Shown: positions 44,637 to 53,629 of the stretch, piece after piece
How positions within the stretch are numbered: position 1 is the first letter of the stretch
Layout: each line of letters begins with the position of its first letter
IMG/VR virus record: IMGVR_UViG_3300042340_000194
Coordinates: 1-64,000 of that record
Strand: one strand, 5' to 3'
Source of the DNA: a virus
DNA length: 64,000 nt
Position numbers and translations under genes: made by a program
Notes under the pieces: generated by a model
What the model saw: the letters and a program-made list of their open reading frames with translations, nothing else
What the model was told of the DNA's origin: nothing
The model's database searches: none

Positions 44637-45091
44637 GATTGCATCTCCCCGGCTTTAGCCTGGGGCAGCAACTGCCTAGCCGCCCAAGCGCGAACTCTTG
44701 ACCAGCGCTGGCGCATGGCGGCCTCGCAATTACTGGCTGACCAGCCTTCGTTTGCCTCGACAACCTCCCATGCGAGCGCCGTCGCAACATTGAAAGGCTC
44801 CGCAAAGTGGGGAGGGTCCAAATCCTCTTCTCGTGGGTCGAAGTACAACGGCACAGCATCGGTTCCTCTGTAGCGGCGAACCGCGCCAAAGGCACAGCAG
44901 CAACCTGTTTCTTCGTTTTCTAGTGCTCCGGCGGAGAGCTTCGGTTCAGGCAAGGCGTCGAGCCCCGCCGCAAGATCGCGCAGGAACTGTTGGCCGCGAT
45001 TGCCACGGATAGCAGATCGCAGGGCCCCGGCTTGCTGGCCCTCCATCCAGGGTTCGGCGTCGCCATAGTCGTCTTGGTAGAGGCGGCTCAT
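44633..45091 (-). CDS. Conserved phage hypothetical protein
   Basis: SAIRGNRGQQFLRDL..LDALPE..L...CAFGA...LAWEV...N...RW..VRAW. Confidence 0.65.
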   Translation of the reverse strand: MSRLYQDDYGDAEPWMEGQQAGALRSAIRGNRGQQFLRDLAAGLDALPEPKLSAGALENEETGCCCAFGAVRRYRGTDAVPLYFDPREEDLDPPHFAEPFNVATALAWEVVEANEGWSASNCEAAMRQRWSRVRAWAARQLLPQAKAGEMQS

Positions 45092-45357
45092 GGCTCCACC
45101 TGCCCGGCCACGGGCGCTGGTATTTTGTGGCAGCATTCAGAGCACAGGTAGTGCCCGTCCGACTCGCAATCGGTAAAGTCCCCCAGCTTGCAGGGGCGAG
45201 GTTCGAACGCTGGGCACGGGCTATCTGGGTCGCGGTTGCCGGGGATGCCGGTCGGCTTTTTGCCGCTGGCTTGCATCTGCCTGGCGTAATGGCGATAGGC
45301 CCAGGTCGCGATTGCGAGGTAGGCGTCTGCCAGGGTTGGGATCTGGAGTAGTAACAT
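45088..45357 (-). CDS. Cys-rich hypothetical protein
   Basis: RDPDSPC..FEP...CESDGHYLCSECCH. Confidence 0.6.
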   Translation of the reverse strand: MLLLQIPTLADAYLAIATWAYRHYARQMQASGKKPTGIPGNRDPDSPCPAFEPRPCKLGDFTDCESDGHYLCSECCHKIPAPVAGQVEP

Positions 45358-46340
45358 CACTCCCCCTCCCCAGCCTGGGGCGCCTGACCGAAACCGCCCG
45401 CAGTTGCAGTGGCGTAAGTGGCCCACGCCCAAGATGCACCTGAGGTAAAAGCATCAAATTCGGCGTCCTGAGAGGTTAGTCCGTAACGGGAGCTTGCCTC
45501 TTTCGTTAACTGAGATCTAAAGGCATGAATAGCTGATTGCCGTGTCAAGCCCGATCCCGCCTCTGCCGGCGCTGGCGGGCTGGCCAGGTTTTCCCCAGGC
45601 CCTGGGGCCGCTGCAGGGGGGTGTCCCCAGCGGGCAAGCGAAGCGGAGAGCATGTCTCGCAACATCTCAAGGGTTTCACCCTGATCGTTGTAATAATGAA
45701 ACCCGAACTCGGCGCACAGCTCGTCAACATCGGCGAGGGTGGGCCCTTCCCCCTTCTCCGGCGCGGGCGGGGATGGCAGTGTAGCAATCATGCGCTTTAA
45801 TCGCTGACGCAATCTGTGGTGATTGCTGCTATTGGCGCGACTGTCAGAGTCGCCAATACAAAAATCAAGCGCTTCAATTATTCGCTGAACATCAGCCGGT
45901 GCCAAACGGGAGGAGGAAGAAGCAAACTGAAACGCTCTCACTCCCCAGATGCCTCGTAAAAGGGTTTCTGGATGCACCTCCAGCCCACGACCCATCTGGC
46001 GGAAGAAAACCTCCAGCAGTTGCTTGTCCGCATCCTCACCTTGGGGATCAATGTAAGGAGCTGGCGGGATGGCGTCGTAGCGGCGTAACTGGCCTAGTGC
46101 ATTGGCGACTAAATCGAAGTCGTCAGAGCCGGAGCTTGCGTCTCCATGTTGAATCCGCTCCAGTGCGCACAGGGCCTCTTCCGCCAACGTTGGCCTATCC
46201 GGCTCAGTGTTCAGGGCGGCGCGGCCTGCGGCGACGGCATCATCCCAGGCCGTCATATCAGGGTCTGCGCCATTGGCGCTGGCCAAGTCTTCCAGCTCGA
46301 TCAACCGCTTCAGTGCGGCACGGGGCGTTGGGGTGCTCAT
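45357..46340 (-). CDS. Mosaic hypothetical protein
   Basis: Likely start MSTPTPR; Pro-rich linkers; ARWG motif. Confidence 0.6.
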   Translation of the reverse strand: MSTPTPRAALKRLIELEDLASANGADPDMTAWDDAVAAGRAALNTEPDRPTLAEEALCALERIQHGDASSGSDDFDLVANALGQLRRYDAIPPAPYIDPQGEDADKQLLEVFFRQMGRGLEVHPETLLRGIWGVRAFQFASSSSRLAPADVQRIIEALDFCIGDSDSRANSSNHHRLRQRLKRMIATLPSPPAPEKGEGPTLADVDELCAEFGFHYYNDQGETLEMLRDMLSASLARWGHPPAAAPGPGENLASPPAPAEAGSGLTRQSAIHAFRSQLTKEASSRYGLTSQDAEFDAFTSGASWAWATYATATAGGFGQAPQAGEGE

Positions 46341-47323
46341 GGTTGGGTTGCAATGGTGGAAGGATTCCCGGCCACGGGCGCTGGTTGTGAGATAGCGCGA
46401 TAGGGGAGCAGCCAGCCTGCGGGGTAGACCATATCTGGGTTGGTCAGTTGCCAAGGGCCCTGCGGCCCCGGACTCCACCAGCACTCGCCATTGGAGTTGC
46501 TCCACCCAAGCTGCTGCCTCCATGCCGAATCATCCCCGGTCGGGACTGGCGTGGTGGCGGGGACACCCCAGCGGGCGATAGCGTACTCAATGGCAGGGAG
46601 TAAATCACCATCAAGATGCTTCTTACTGATCAGATACGCTACGGCTCCTCGGATCTGGCCCTCAGTTGCTATCTGGCTTACCAGGTTGCGGTGATGGTCA
46701 GATAACACCGCCGCAGCTTGAGCTTGAGTGTTGAAGGGATACACAGAGGCATCCCAGTCTTCCTCGACAATACCGGCCAACCTGGCGGCCTCATCGAATA
46801 AAGGGCTGAACTGTTGATGGGTGACCCACCCATAGGCTGAGTAGGCATGATGGAAAGCGGTTAGTAACGCATCAATATTGTCTTGTTTCTCGATAAGGCT
46901 GGAGGCATGAAGGTTTCGATCACGGGCGATGGCTCGGGACTGGGCCCAGGCCAGTTGCTCGAAAGACTCCAGAGACTCCCATTGATGGAGCTGATCAGCT
47001 TGAGCGTTCCACTGCTCGATTAGATCATGCTCAGATAGCGGGCCGGGAGGAATGTCGTCACAGGTCGCATTGGCCTGTTGCAGGCCCTGCTGTTGTGGTT
47101 GTTGTGATTCGGTAGGCTGCGGGCTCGGGGGATCCTCGGTCATTTCCAGTAAAATTGGTTCATTTTTAACCGGGCACATCGCCCAATGAGTTATCCCTGC
47201 AGCGAAACTCGCTGGTTGTTGAGAGAACTTTTTGAAGAGTAGCGAGGGGTGATGCCCGTTACATCGAGAACAGCCTACTACATCGGTGTAGTAGGTTTCA
47301 GGTAGATCTGTGAGGTTTGTCAT
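46337..47323 (-). CDS. Mosaic hypothetical protein
   Basis: CSRC..H...THWAMCP N-domain; WNAQAD..QWESL; ARWG; GECWW...WLLP. Confidence 0.65.
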   Translation of the reverse strand: MTNLTDLPETYYTDVVGCSRCNGHHPSLLFKKFSQQPASFAAGITHWAMCPVKNEPILLEMTEDPPSPQPTESQQPQQQGLQQANATCDDIPPGPLSEHDLIEQWNAQADQLHQWESLESFEQLAWAQSRAIARDRNLHASSLIEKQDNIDALLTAFHHAYSAYGWVTHQQFSPLFDEAARLAGIVEEDWDASVYPFNTQAQAAAVLSDHHRNLVSQIATEGQIRGAVAYLISKKHLDGDLLPAIEYAIARWGVPATTPVPTGDDSAWRQQLGWSNSNGECWWSPGPQGPWQLTNPDMVYPAGWLLPYRAISQPAPVAGNPSTIATQP

Positions 47324-47337
47324 GAATGGGGATCTTT

Positions 47338-47838
47338 TCAGGAGTTGGTTAAAGAATGCGGTAGTTGTGGAGTTGGGCTCAACGCCTGTAAAATCAGATA
47401 TTGGTTGTTCTTGTCTTCAAGGTTGTGCAGTGTGCCGTCCCTCCGATACAGCCAGTTGCGCATAATAGGGTCTTCTACCATCTGTACCACATCTCCGTGA
47501 TGGATGGTTCTATGCCCCAAAGCGCCATGCCGAACCATGTACCAAGTTGGGCCCGGTTCCACAGACCCAGCACTGACTCCAGGGCTTAGCTGCAATTGCA
47601 TGGGCGCTACTTGCGGGAGCACCCATGCAATATTAGGGTCTCTGTAGCCTGGTGGGACAATGCAACCGAAGTTGTTATCGGAATAGCTGATGTTACCAAT
47701 TACCTCGGCGTAGCCTTGCCCTACTGCTAGTAATGGCCGATCAGGTCGGGCATGTACATCACCGATGATAATTAGATCACCTTGAGATAAGAAGCGGAGT
47801 AACGGGCGGCGGATTGAGCGGATTAAGCGTTTGAACAT
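47338..47838 (-). CDS. Hypothetical protein
   Basis: 166-aa ORF in the co-oriented array. Confidence 0.55.
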   Translation of the reverse strand: MFKRLIRSIRRPLLRFLSQGDLIIIGDVHARPDRPLLAVGQGYAEVIGNISYSDNNFGCIVPPGYRDPNIAWVLPQVAPMQLQLSPGVSAGSVEPGPTWYMVRHGALGHRTIHHGDVVQMVEDPIMRNWLYRRDGTLHNLEDKNNQYLILQALSPTPQLPHSLTNS

Positions 47839-47873
47839 GAGGGTTTTCGTGATAGAAGGGTGTTTGAGGTGGG

Positions 47874-48257
47874 TCAGATGTCGCCCCAGTCTTCGGGGCC
47901 TAGCCCGTAGTAATCTCGATAATTCCCAAAATCTGTAATATTAGAATCTGAAGGATAGCGCGATAGGGCTTTCGTAATAAGGTAATCATTTAGCGCTCGC
48001 AGTTGTCTAGGAGATAGCCACGGAGGGTCGTAGTCACGCGGATAACGGGTAAGCGTACATTATTGGCCTACACATGAAGCAATTATATAAGCGTAGGCTG
48101 AGGTAGTTTTTGTACTAAGTCTAAGCCGGAACGGCTTGTTGTCTAGTAACTTCTGTAGCAGTATATTCTGTTGCTTAGCATTTAGATCTCTGCCTACTAA
48201 TCTGTTTAATTTTAATCTATCGTAACTTATGATACAGAATCGTGAAGAATTGCTCAT
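47874..48257 (-). pseudogene. Hypothetical gene interrupted by an in-frame TAA at 48060-48062
   Basis: Frame continues 61 sense codons past the TAA (CTLTRYPRDYDPPWLSPRQ...WGDI) and fills the gap. Confidence 0.45.
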
Positions 48258-48691
48258 TGTAGATTCAATGCCTGTCTTGCTGAAGGTCTATTGATAGCAG
48301 CGGTGTCCTTGATAAGAACACTATTTGACAGTTCTTGCTGCTGCATATCTATGTACTCTCTAATCTTTCTTAAGCGTAAATCTACCTGGGAAGAGTTCGA
48401 ATATCTACTAACCCAAGCCATATCATCGGCGATCTGCTCTCGTGTAGGAGGAGGCACATTGTGTATATTAGCAGCTATCTTTAATATCGGATGGGCCTGG
48501 GGCCTATCACTTCCGCTGTATGCAGTGTATGCAGGGAATGCTTGGTACACCGCTTCGCGGAGTGCGGCTGCTACCGCTCTACGGTAGTACATGTTAGTCG
48601 CCCCATTAGCGTCTCGATACGCCTGAAGTATTGCCTCCGAGGCGGGAGTTAGCTCAGGAAATTCGACGGAGTTTGAAGTAGAGCTGGTCAT
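48254..48691 (-). CDS. Hypothetical protein, paralog of 51707-52123
   Basis: EFPELT...AALREA..Q..P...IAANIHN. Confidence 0.65.
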   Translation of the reverse strand: MTSSTSNSVEFPELTPASEAILQAYRDANGATNMYYRRAVAAALREAVYQAFPAYTAYSGSDRPQAHPILKIAANIHNVPPPTREQIADDMAWVSRYSNSSQVDLRLRKIREYIDMQQQELSNSVLIKDTAAINRPSARQALNLQ

Positions 48692-48741
48692 GACGAGTGA
48701 TGCTGTGGTTGTAACGTTGGTGGTGAGTGGATGAAGATTGG

Positions 48742-49056
48742 TTAAGGGTTAACCGAGGATCTGGCCACTACGGCGAGATCCTCTAGAGCTTTAGCAATAT
48801 CTTCAATGCCCGCTAGCGCGGCCGTAGGGTTTAGGAAAGGCCGCTGAGCGATATTAGCACGAACGGGGTAGTTACGGTGATCTTTTTGATCACGGACATA
48901 AATCACAGAGTTCGCAGGAAGCTCGAACTCTCCGGTCCACCAGGGCTGACCGCATTGTTTACTACTGCATCGTCGTTTGCGGATAATGGACTCGATGGTG
49001 TCATTTCTGGTTGTAACGACAGAGTGGGTTTTGCCTCCACAGGACGGGCAGAGCAT
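48742..49056 (-). CDS. NrdR-like zinc-ribbon protein (no ATP cone)
   Basis: MLCPSCG...VVTTR...IIRKRRC...CGQPWWTGE. Confidence 0.65.
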   Translation of the reverse strand: MLCPSCGGKTHSVVTTRNDTIESIIRKRRCSSKQCGQPWWTGEFELPANSVIYVRDQKDHRNYPVRANIAQRPFLNPTAALAGIEDIAKALEDLAVVARSSVNP

Positions 49057-49061
49057 GGCGA

Positions 49062-49316
49062 TCAGGGCTGTTGAGATTGAGAATCAGTCGCAAGAGGCTT
49101 TGGAGATTCCCAGTAGACGCAGTGGTCATCGAGTTCCTAGCGGCGAGAAATGGAGCCTCCTGTCGGCCTCGGGGGGATCCCCCCTGGCCAGTATTGGCAG
49201 GCCGGGATGGCTGGGATCTTGATGCGCTTTGTGCATTGCCCCTCCCCGCTGGGGTGGAGCCGCCCGGTGCTGGTGAGGCGCCATTTGGCGTGAATGCAGC
49301 CGTTGCAGGTTTTCAC
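49062..49316 (-). pseudogene. Cys-rich small gene interrupted by an in-frame TAG at 49137-49139
   Basis: VKTCNGCIHAKW..TGRLHPSGEGQC...YW...GGSISRR*ELDDHCVYW...; frame fills the gap. Confidence 0.55.
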
Positions 49317-49320
49317 GGGA

Positions 49321-49530
49321 TCAGGAGGTTAATTCGGAACTACGGGCGGCGGATCGAGCGAAACGCCTATAGTTTATTTTGTGGTCGATGTCAAGACTTT
49401 TATTTGTGGCTTGTAATATGTAGCGTGAACGGTTGATTAACGATTGTACTCTGTGTGGGTCTTTATCTGGTTGTTCTAAAGTGTTGCATAGCTCAGTGCA
49501 GAGATCAGAAAGAGTTTTGATACTGGTCAT
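49321..49530 (-). CDS. Small hypothetical protein
   Basis: ATGA-coupled to thyX. Confidence 0.5.
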   Translation of the reverse strand: MTSIKTLSDLCTELCNTLEQPDKDPHRVQSLINRSRYILQATNKSLDIDHKINYRRFARSAARSSELTS

Positions 49531-50291
49531 GGTGCCAGCCTCGCCTTACCCCAACGTTTTTCTTTGTAGTAAGCAGCGATAGCTGGCGTCCATTTTTCAA
49601 ACTCAACCATCATCAGCTCGCAGAGGGCTTGGATCTCTAGCTGTGCGTCGAGCTTCGTTCGTAGATCGAGGAAGTGCATAAGCGAACGGATGTTGAAGCT
49701 AACTACGAAATTCTGGCGATACTCAAAGGCTAATACTCCTCGGGCGTGTTCTTCGGCTACGCCTTGATGGACTAGATCTGAATAGCGCTTAGCAGTTTCA
49801 TTCATAAGATACATGTCGTTGTCACGGTCTTCTTTGGAATACTTGTAATAGCTTCCATTTCGTCCATGATAGAGCCCCACAGGGCGTTGAAAAAATATGT
49901 CATTGAACTTAAGCATGCTATTTATATGTCTAACATAATCCACAATCCTTGATCCTGTGTAACGCATCGACTGAACATCGAAAGAAATCCCGACCCGATG
50001 TGTACGGGCCTGTTGCATTACCGAATGAGGGAATCCTGCTACACCGAAGACAATGACGTTGTGCTCTAACGGGCCGTAATGGCCTCGTTCACCGGAGAGG
50101 AGGCGTTTAACGAGGATTAGGCCGGCATCGTGCTCGGGGGGCGGTGTCTCATCCCCCACGAAGCCTTCGGAGTAGTCCTGGTGCATGCCGAACCAAGAGG
50201 CTTGGCTGGGATTGTGGAGGGCAGTGAGGGTTTTGACGCGGAGCCGGGGGTCGCTTTGGATGATGTCCGAGGCGGTGATGGTGAGAGACAT
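49527..50291 (-). CDS. thyX: FAD-dependent thymidylate synthase
   Basis: GHYGPLEH, QQARTHRVGISFDVQSMRY, EHARG, NIRSLMHFLDLR..DAQLEI, KARLAP. Confidence 0.95.
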   Translation of the reverse strand: MSLTITASDIIQSDPRLRVKTLTALHNPSQASWFGMHQDYSEGFVGDETPPPEHDAGLILVKRLLSGERGHYGPLEHNVIVFGVAGFPHSVMQQARTHRVGISFDVQSMRYTGSRIVDYVRHINSMLKFNDIFFQRPVGLYHGRNGSYYKYSKEDRDNDMYLMNETAKRYSDLVHQGVAEEHARGVLAFEYRQNFVVSFNIRSLMHFLDLRTKLDAQLEIQALCELMMVEFEKWTPAIAAYYKEKRWGKARLAP

Positions 50292-50296
50292 GGGGA

Positions 50297-50716
50297 TCAA
50301 GAATTAAATGGTTGAGATGGGGATTGAGCTAAATCATAATCATCGACTAACTTTTTAGCAGCGCGGATCTTTCGGACTAACGTCTTCTGCTCACGCTTAG
50401 TCATCGAAGTGATATGCCAGTGATCACAGCATTGACATAGGTAGCTAGAGCCGGCGTGGCCGGTGTGTCGGAGAAAGGTAGAGATCTCGCGGCGGCTGTT
50501 GTAAGCCGCTTTGCAGCGGCATGCACCCTCTAATCTCTGGAGAAAGTTTCGGGCTTCTGCGAGTTCACAGAAGAAGTTGGGGGATTCTCCAGAAACTCCG
50601 CTGAGGATGTTTGGATTAGCCGGTGCAGCCGCTGGCGGGGCCTGTCCATGCTGGGGACTCCTGTTTTTTCTGGAGGCGGCGGGGCGCCGATGGGATAGGT
50701 GGGTAAACTTCGCCAT
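50297..50716 (-). CDS. Zinc-finger hypothetical protein
   Basis: CRCKAAY...YLCQCCDHWHITS; likely start MAKFTH. Confidence 0.6.
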   Translation of the reverse strand: MAKFTHLSHRRPAASRKNRSPQHGQAPPAAAPANPNILSGVSGESPNFFCELAEARNFLQRLEGACRCKAAYNSRREISTFLRHTGHAGSSYLCQCCDHWHITSMTKREQKTLVRKIRAAKKLVDDYDLAQSPSQPFNS

Positions 50717-50810
50717 CGGCGGGAGAGGAGAAAACGGATTAGCAATGATAATAGGAGGATGAGAGTGATGTAAGGGGTTAGCCAGAGGCGAAGCCGTTTT
50801 AGAAAAGGCA

Positions 50811-51014
50811 TCAGTCTCCACCTTCGGTGAGATAGCTAGTGGCGGAGGAATCCGCGAACCGCCGGGGGCGGGGGGCCTCACCGGAGGAGATGCTCTGGGC
50901 TCGGTCGATAGCAGCGGAGGTCTCGCTCAAGACGCTCACCAGGGGGCTGGCGACGGGAGCGAGTTCCTGGAGCAGGGCTGCGGCGGCGGCGAAGAACGGG
51001 AGGGGTTTAGACAT
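50811..51014 (-). CDS. Small hypothetical protein
   Basis: Likely start MSKPLPFF overlapping the upstream stop. Confidence 0.45.
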   Translation of the reverse strand: MSKPLPFFAAAAALLQELAPVASPLVSVLSETSAAIDRAQSISSGEAPRPRRFADSSATSYLTEGGD

Positions 51015-51390
51015 GGGGAAGTTCGTCGAGGGGTTCAATAAGGTTGCTGCTAAGCAACGAGGCGCGGTAGCGATTAACCGCCGCGTGGAGGATGTAGGCG
51101 GGCTGGATGTGAAGCAGCTTCGCCAGGTCTCGTATGAACTCGTCGTTCTCGGGGGAGAGTGACGTGTTGAATCGCTGAGTCAGCTTGGTCGATGTTGGTC
51201 GGTAGCTGTCTGCTCGCTCCTGGCTGATGGCTCCTTGTGCGACGGCTGTGGTGAGCCGTTGGTGTACGGCCTGGCGGCTGATGTCTAACCTCCTCCCGAC
51301 TTCTGCGTAATTGCAGACACCGTATTTGGTTAGAACCTCTTCGCAGGTATCAAGGATTGATTGAAGAGAAGTCTTCGAGACGTAAGTCAT
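51007..51390 (-). CDS. HTH DNA-binding protein
   Basis: NYAEVGRRLDISRQAVHQRL; possible C-terminal ribbon-helix-helix. Confidence 0.7.
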   Translation of the reverse strand: MTYVSKTSLQSILDTCEEVLTKYGVCNYAEVGRRLDISRQAVHQRLTTAVAQGAISQERADSYRPTSTKLTQRFNTSLSPENDEFIRDLAKLLHIQPAYILHAAVNRYRASLLSSNLIEPLDELPHV

Positions 51391-51571
51391 CTGGACGGTG
51401 AAGCGAGGGGATGCTGAAGTCCCCTGGCGGGAAGAAGCGATACGGTTGGTCGCAGTTTTTTAAGTTTTGATTGGCTTGCTGGATCTCCTCCTCGGTGGCT
51501 GTTGTTTGGTAGAGGATTACTCCGGTTTCCAGGTGGTGCATGGCGTAGACCGCGTGGATATTGGAAGACAT
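51350..51571 (-). CDS. Small hypothetical protein
   Basis: YAMHHLETG.ILYQT.AT.EEI..AN..L....YRF. Confidence 0.5.
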   Translation of the reverse strand: MSSNIHAVYAMHHLETGVILYQTTATEEEIQQANQNLKNCDQPYRFFPPGDFSIPSLHRPDDLRLEDFSSINP

Positions 51572-51706
51572 GCAGAGGCAAGCCTTTTAGGAGGCTTAAA
51601 GGAGATTTAGAGAACTCCGTTGCAGCGGGCGCAGTGCCGGGGAGGCTGGTCGGGCCTTCATAGTCTGGCGCAGGGGGTGAGGAGGTGGGGTTCTGCATGG
51701 GGCGGC

Positions 51707-52123
51707 CTAGGCGGGAAGGTGGTGGGCCAGGCCACGTTGGAGGGTCCTGAGTTTGTCTTGAGATATTGTTGCTGAGTTGTTGAGGCTAATCGCGTCATTA
51801 CTGTCGATCATCTCCTGTAATAGCTTGTGCATCTGCGATGGTGTGGGGTGTATGTTGTGGATATTGTCGGCAATATTGCTGAGCTGATTCCATGCTCGAA
51901 ACTGCTCCCCAGATACTGCTCCAGGATAAGATTGCCTCATTGCTTCACGGAGGGCAGCACTGAAGAAGCGGCGGATTACTTGCACTTCTAAAGTAGTTAT
52001 GCCATCTAAATCTAATAGGCAATTTCCAAGCATATCACTACTGAGTACGGCTTTAGATTGCTCTGTTAACGGAGGGAACTCTTCGTAGGGGTTCACGGAT
52101 TTGACTGGAATAGTTGATGGCAT
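51707..52123 (-). CDS. Hypothetical protein, paralog of 48254-48691
   Basis: EFPPLT...AALREA..QSYP...IADNIHN. Confidence 0.65.
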   Translation of the reverse strand: MPSTIPVKSVNPYEEFPPLTEQSKAVLSSDMLGNCLLDLDGITTLEVQVIRRFFSAALREAMRQSYPGAVSGEQFRAWNQLSNIADNIHNIHPTPSQMHKLLQEMIDSNDAISLNNSATISQDKLRTLQRGLAHHLPA

Positions 52124-52129
52124 TGTAGA

Positions 52130-52291
52130 TCAGCAGAGGTTAATAAGAAGATAAAGCGTCATGAGCTGGCCTACCACAGCGGCGATAGAAAGGTCTAATG
52201 ACGGGGATTTGATGTTGTACCCCATCAACCCTCCGGTGAGAAAGCTGATGAGGAGGGTTAAGGCTATCTCGACTCCCTTTTGCATAGTCAT
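52130..52291 (-). CDS. 53-aa two-TM protein (not in the ORF track)
   Basis: MTMQKGVEIALTLLISFLTGGLMGYNIKSPSLDLSIAAVVGQLMTLYLLINLC; ATGA-coupled. Confidence 0.5.
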   Translation of the reverse strand: MTMQKGVEIALTLLISFLTGGLMGYNIKSPSLDLSIAAVVGQLMTLYLLINLC

Positions 52292-52563
52292 GAGATCATC
52301 TGCTCCAGGGTGACTACATCAGGCTCGTTACGAGCTATCGCAGCATTTGCCCACATCATGGCTTCCTCAATCTTAGTTAAAGCGAGCGATTGCTCGCGGG
52401 AACGTGGGGTGAGATCGAGGACGAGCTGAGCTAGAGATTTAGCGTTTTCTCTGAGTAAGAAATACTTAGAGACTTGGTCAGGGCTGGGAGTGTGATAGCA
52501 GAAGATGTTGTTAATGTTGTAAGGGTGCGGAGAAGTGGCGGGATTGTCGTGAGTAGAGGCCAT
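52288..52563 (-). CDS. Acb2/Tad1-like hairpin protein (candidate nucleotide-signal sponge)
   Basis: F.YH.P..Q..KY..LR..AK.LA...P.SREQSLALTKIEEAMMWANAAIARN. Confidence 0.7.
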   Translation of the reverse strand: MASTHDNPATSPHPYNINNIFCYHTPSPDQVSKYFLLRENAKSLAQLVLDLTPRSREQSLALTKIEEAMMWANAAIARNEPDVVTLEQMIS

Positions 52564-52612
52564 TGGTGCAAAATCGGATGATAGTGGAAGTTTAGAGCGT
52601 AGCCGCTGGTTA

Positions 52613-53629
52613 TCAGCAGACTTCGCTCCAGTCGATAGAAATCGCCGGGTGGAGTTCTCCGTCTACAAGCAGTTGCGCAAAGTCTTTGGCCGAGTGATCC
52701 AAGACCATTTCCTGGATAAACTCGGACAGCTTGCGGCGTTGCGCTTTGGTAGGGACGGTGGTAGGAGAGGGGGGCGTGGCTACGGGCTCGGGGGTACGGG
52801 CCCAGGGGGCACATCCTCTATTCACCACCAGGCTTACTTGTGGAACTACTTCAACCTTCGCTGCAGCGGCTGCCACCACTACTTCTTTCTCCTCTTCTGC
52901 TCTCGCGGCACGTTGCTCGGCGGCTTCGGTTTTCTTACGCTCCGCGTCCAGCGCGGTAGCGGCCTCTGCCTCCGCTTCTTCTTTAGCCTTGGCTGCGGCC
53001 TTATCAGCTATATCCTGCTCCCGTTTAACACGGGCAGCTTCTGCAGCATCCTTGCGCTCTTGTTCCCTTCGGGCCGCCGCTTCTTCAGTGTCCAAAGCGG
53101 CTTGGAGGGTTTGCTCCAACGCGGCGGTAGCAATGACTAGCTCCGCATCCGCCTTAGGGGTAAACTCTTCAAAGGTTTTATGGTCAATCCCCTTCAGGAT
53201 GTCTAGGTATTCCTGGATCTGTGCGGATCCAACTCCTACTGGAGCTTTCCCCATGTCGATGATGACCTGAATATTGTTTTCGTGCTCTGCTATACGAGCA
53301 TCTTCTTCATCTTTGATACTCTTGAGGATTGTTTCATGAGGCGTTATGAGCGATGTAACACGCGCTTCTAGTTTTTTAGAGAATGTGTTGACATCTTGAA
53401 TATATGTTTGAGCTGCTTCATTCTGCGCTTTGCGAGTCTTATCAACCGAAGCTCTTACTTTACGCAGCTTGGCTACATAACTACGCGCTCTCTTATTTAC
53501 ATCGGGATTTTTATAGTCACCAAAATCGGCTATTGCTTCTTTTTCCGCTATTTTAATGTCTGAAGTGACACGGTCAAACGGTGTAAATACTTCAGTATCC
53601 AGAATTGGGGCAGTGGTAGCGAGAGTCAT
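52613..53629 (-). CDS. Coiled-coil hypothetical protein
   Basis: 338 aa, E/A/K-rich helical. Confidence 0.7.
   Translation of the reverse strand: MTLATTAPILDTEVFTPFDRVTSDIKIAEKEAIADFGDYKNPDVNKRARSYVAKLRKVRASVDKTRKAQNEAAQTYIQDVNTFSKKLEARVTSLITPHETILKSIKDEEDARIAEHENNIQVIIDMGKAPVGVGSAQIQEYLDILKGIDHKTFEEFTPKADAELVIATAALEQTLQAALDTEEAAARREQERKDAAEAARVKREQDIADKAAAKAKEEAEAEAATALDAERKKTEAAEQRAARAEEEKEVVVAAAAAKVEVVPQVSLVVNRGCAPWARTPEPVATPPSPTTVPTKAQRRKLSEFIQEMVLDHSAKDFAQLLVDGELHPAISIDWSEVC

Noticed and set aside
51387-51698. 103-aa ORF overlapping 51350-51571
   Set aside because: Low-complexity Pro/Ser sequence; the overlapping frame looks more protein-like, though a short gene at its 5' end cannot be excluded
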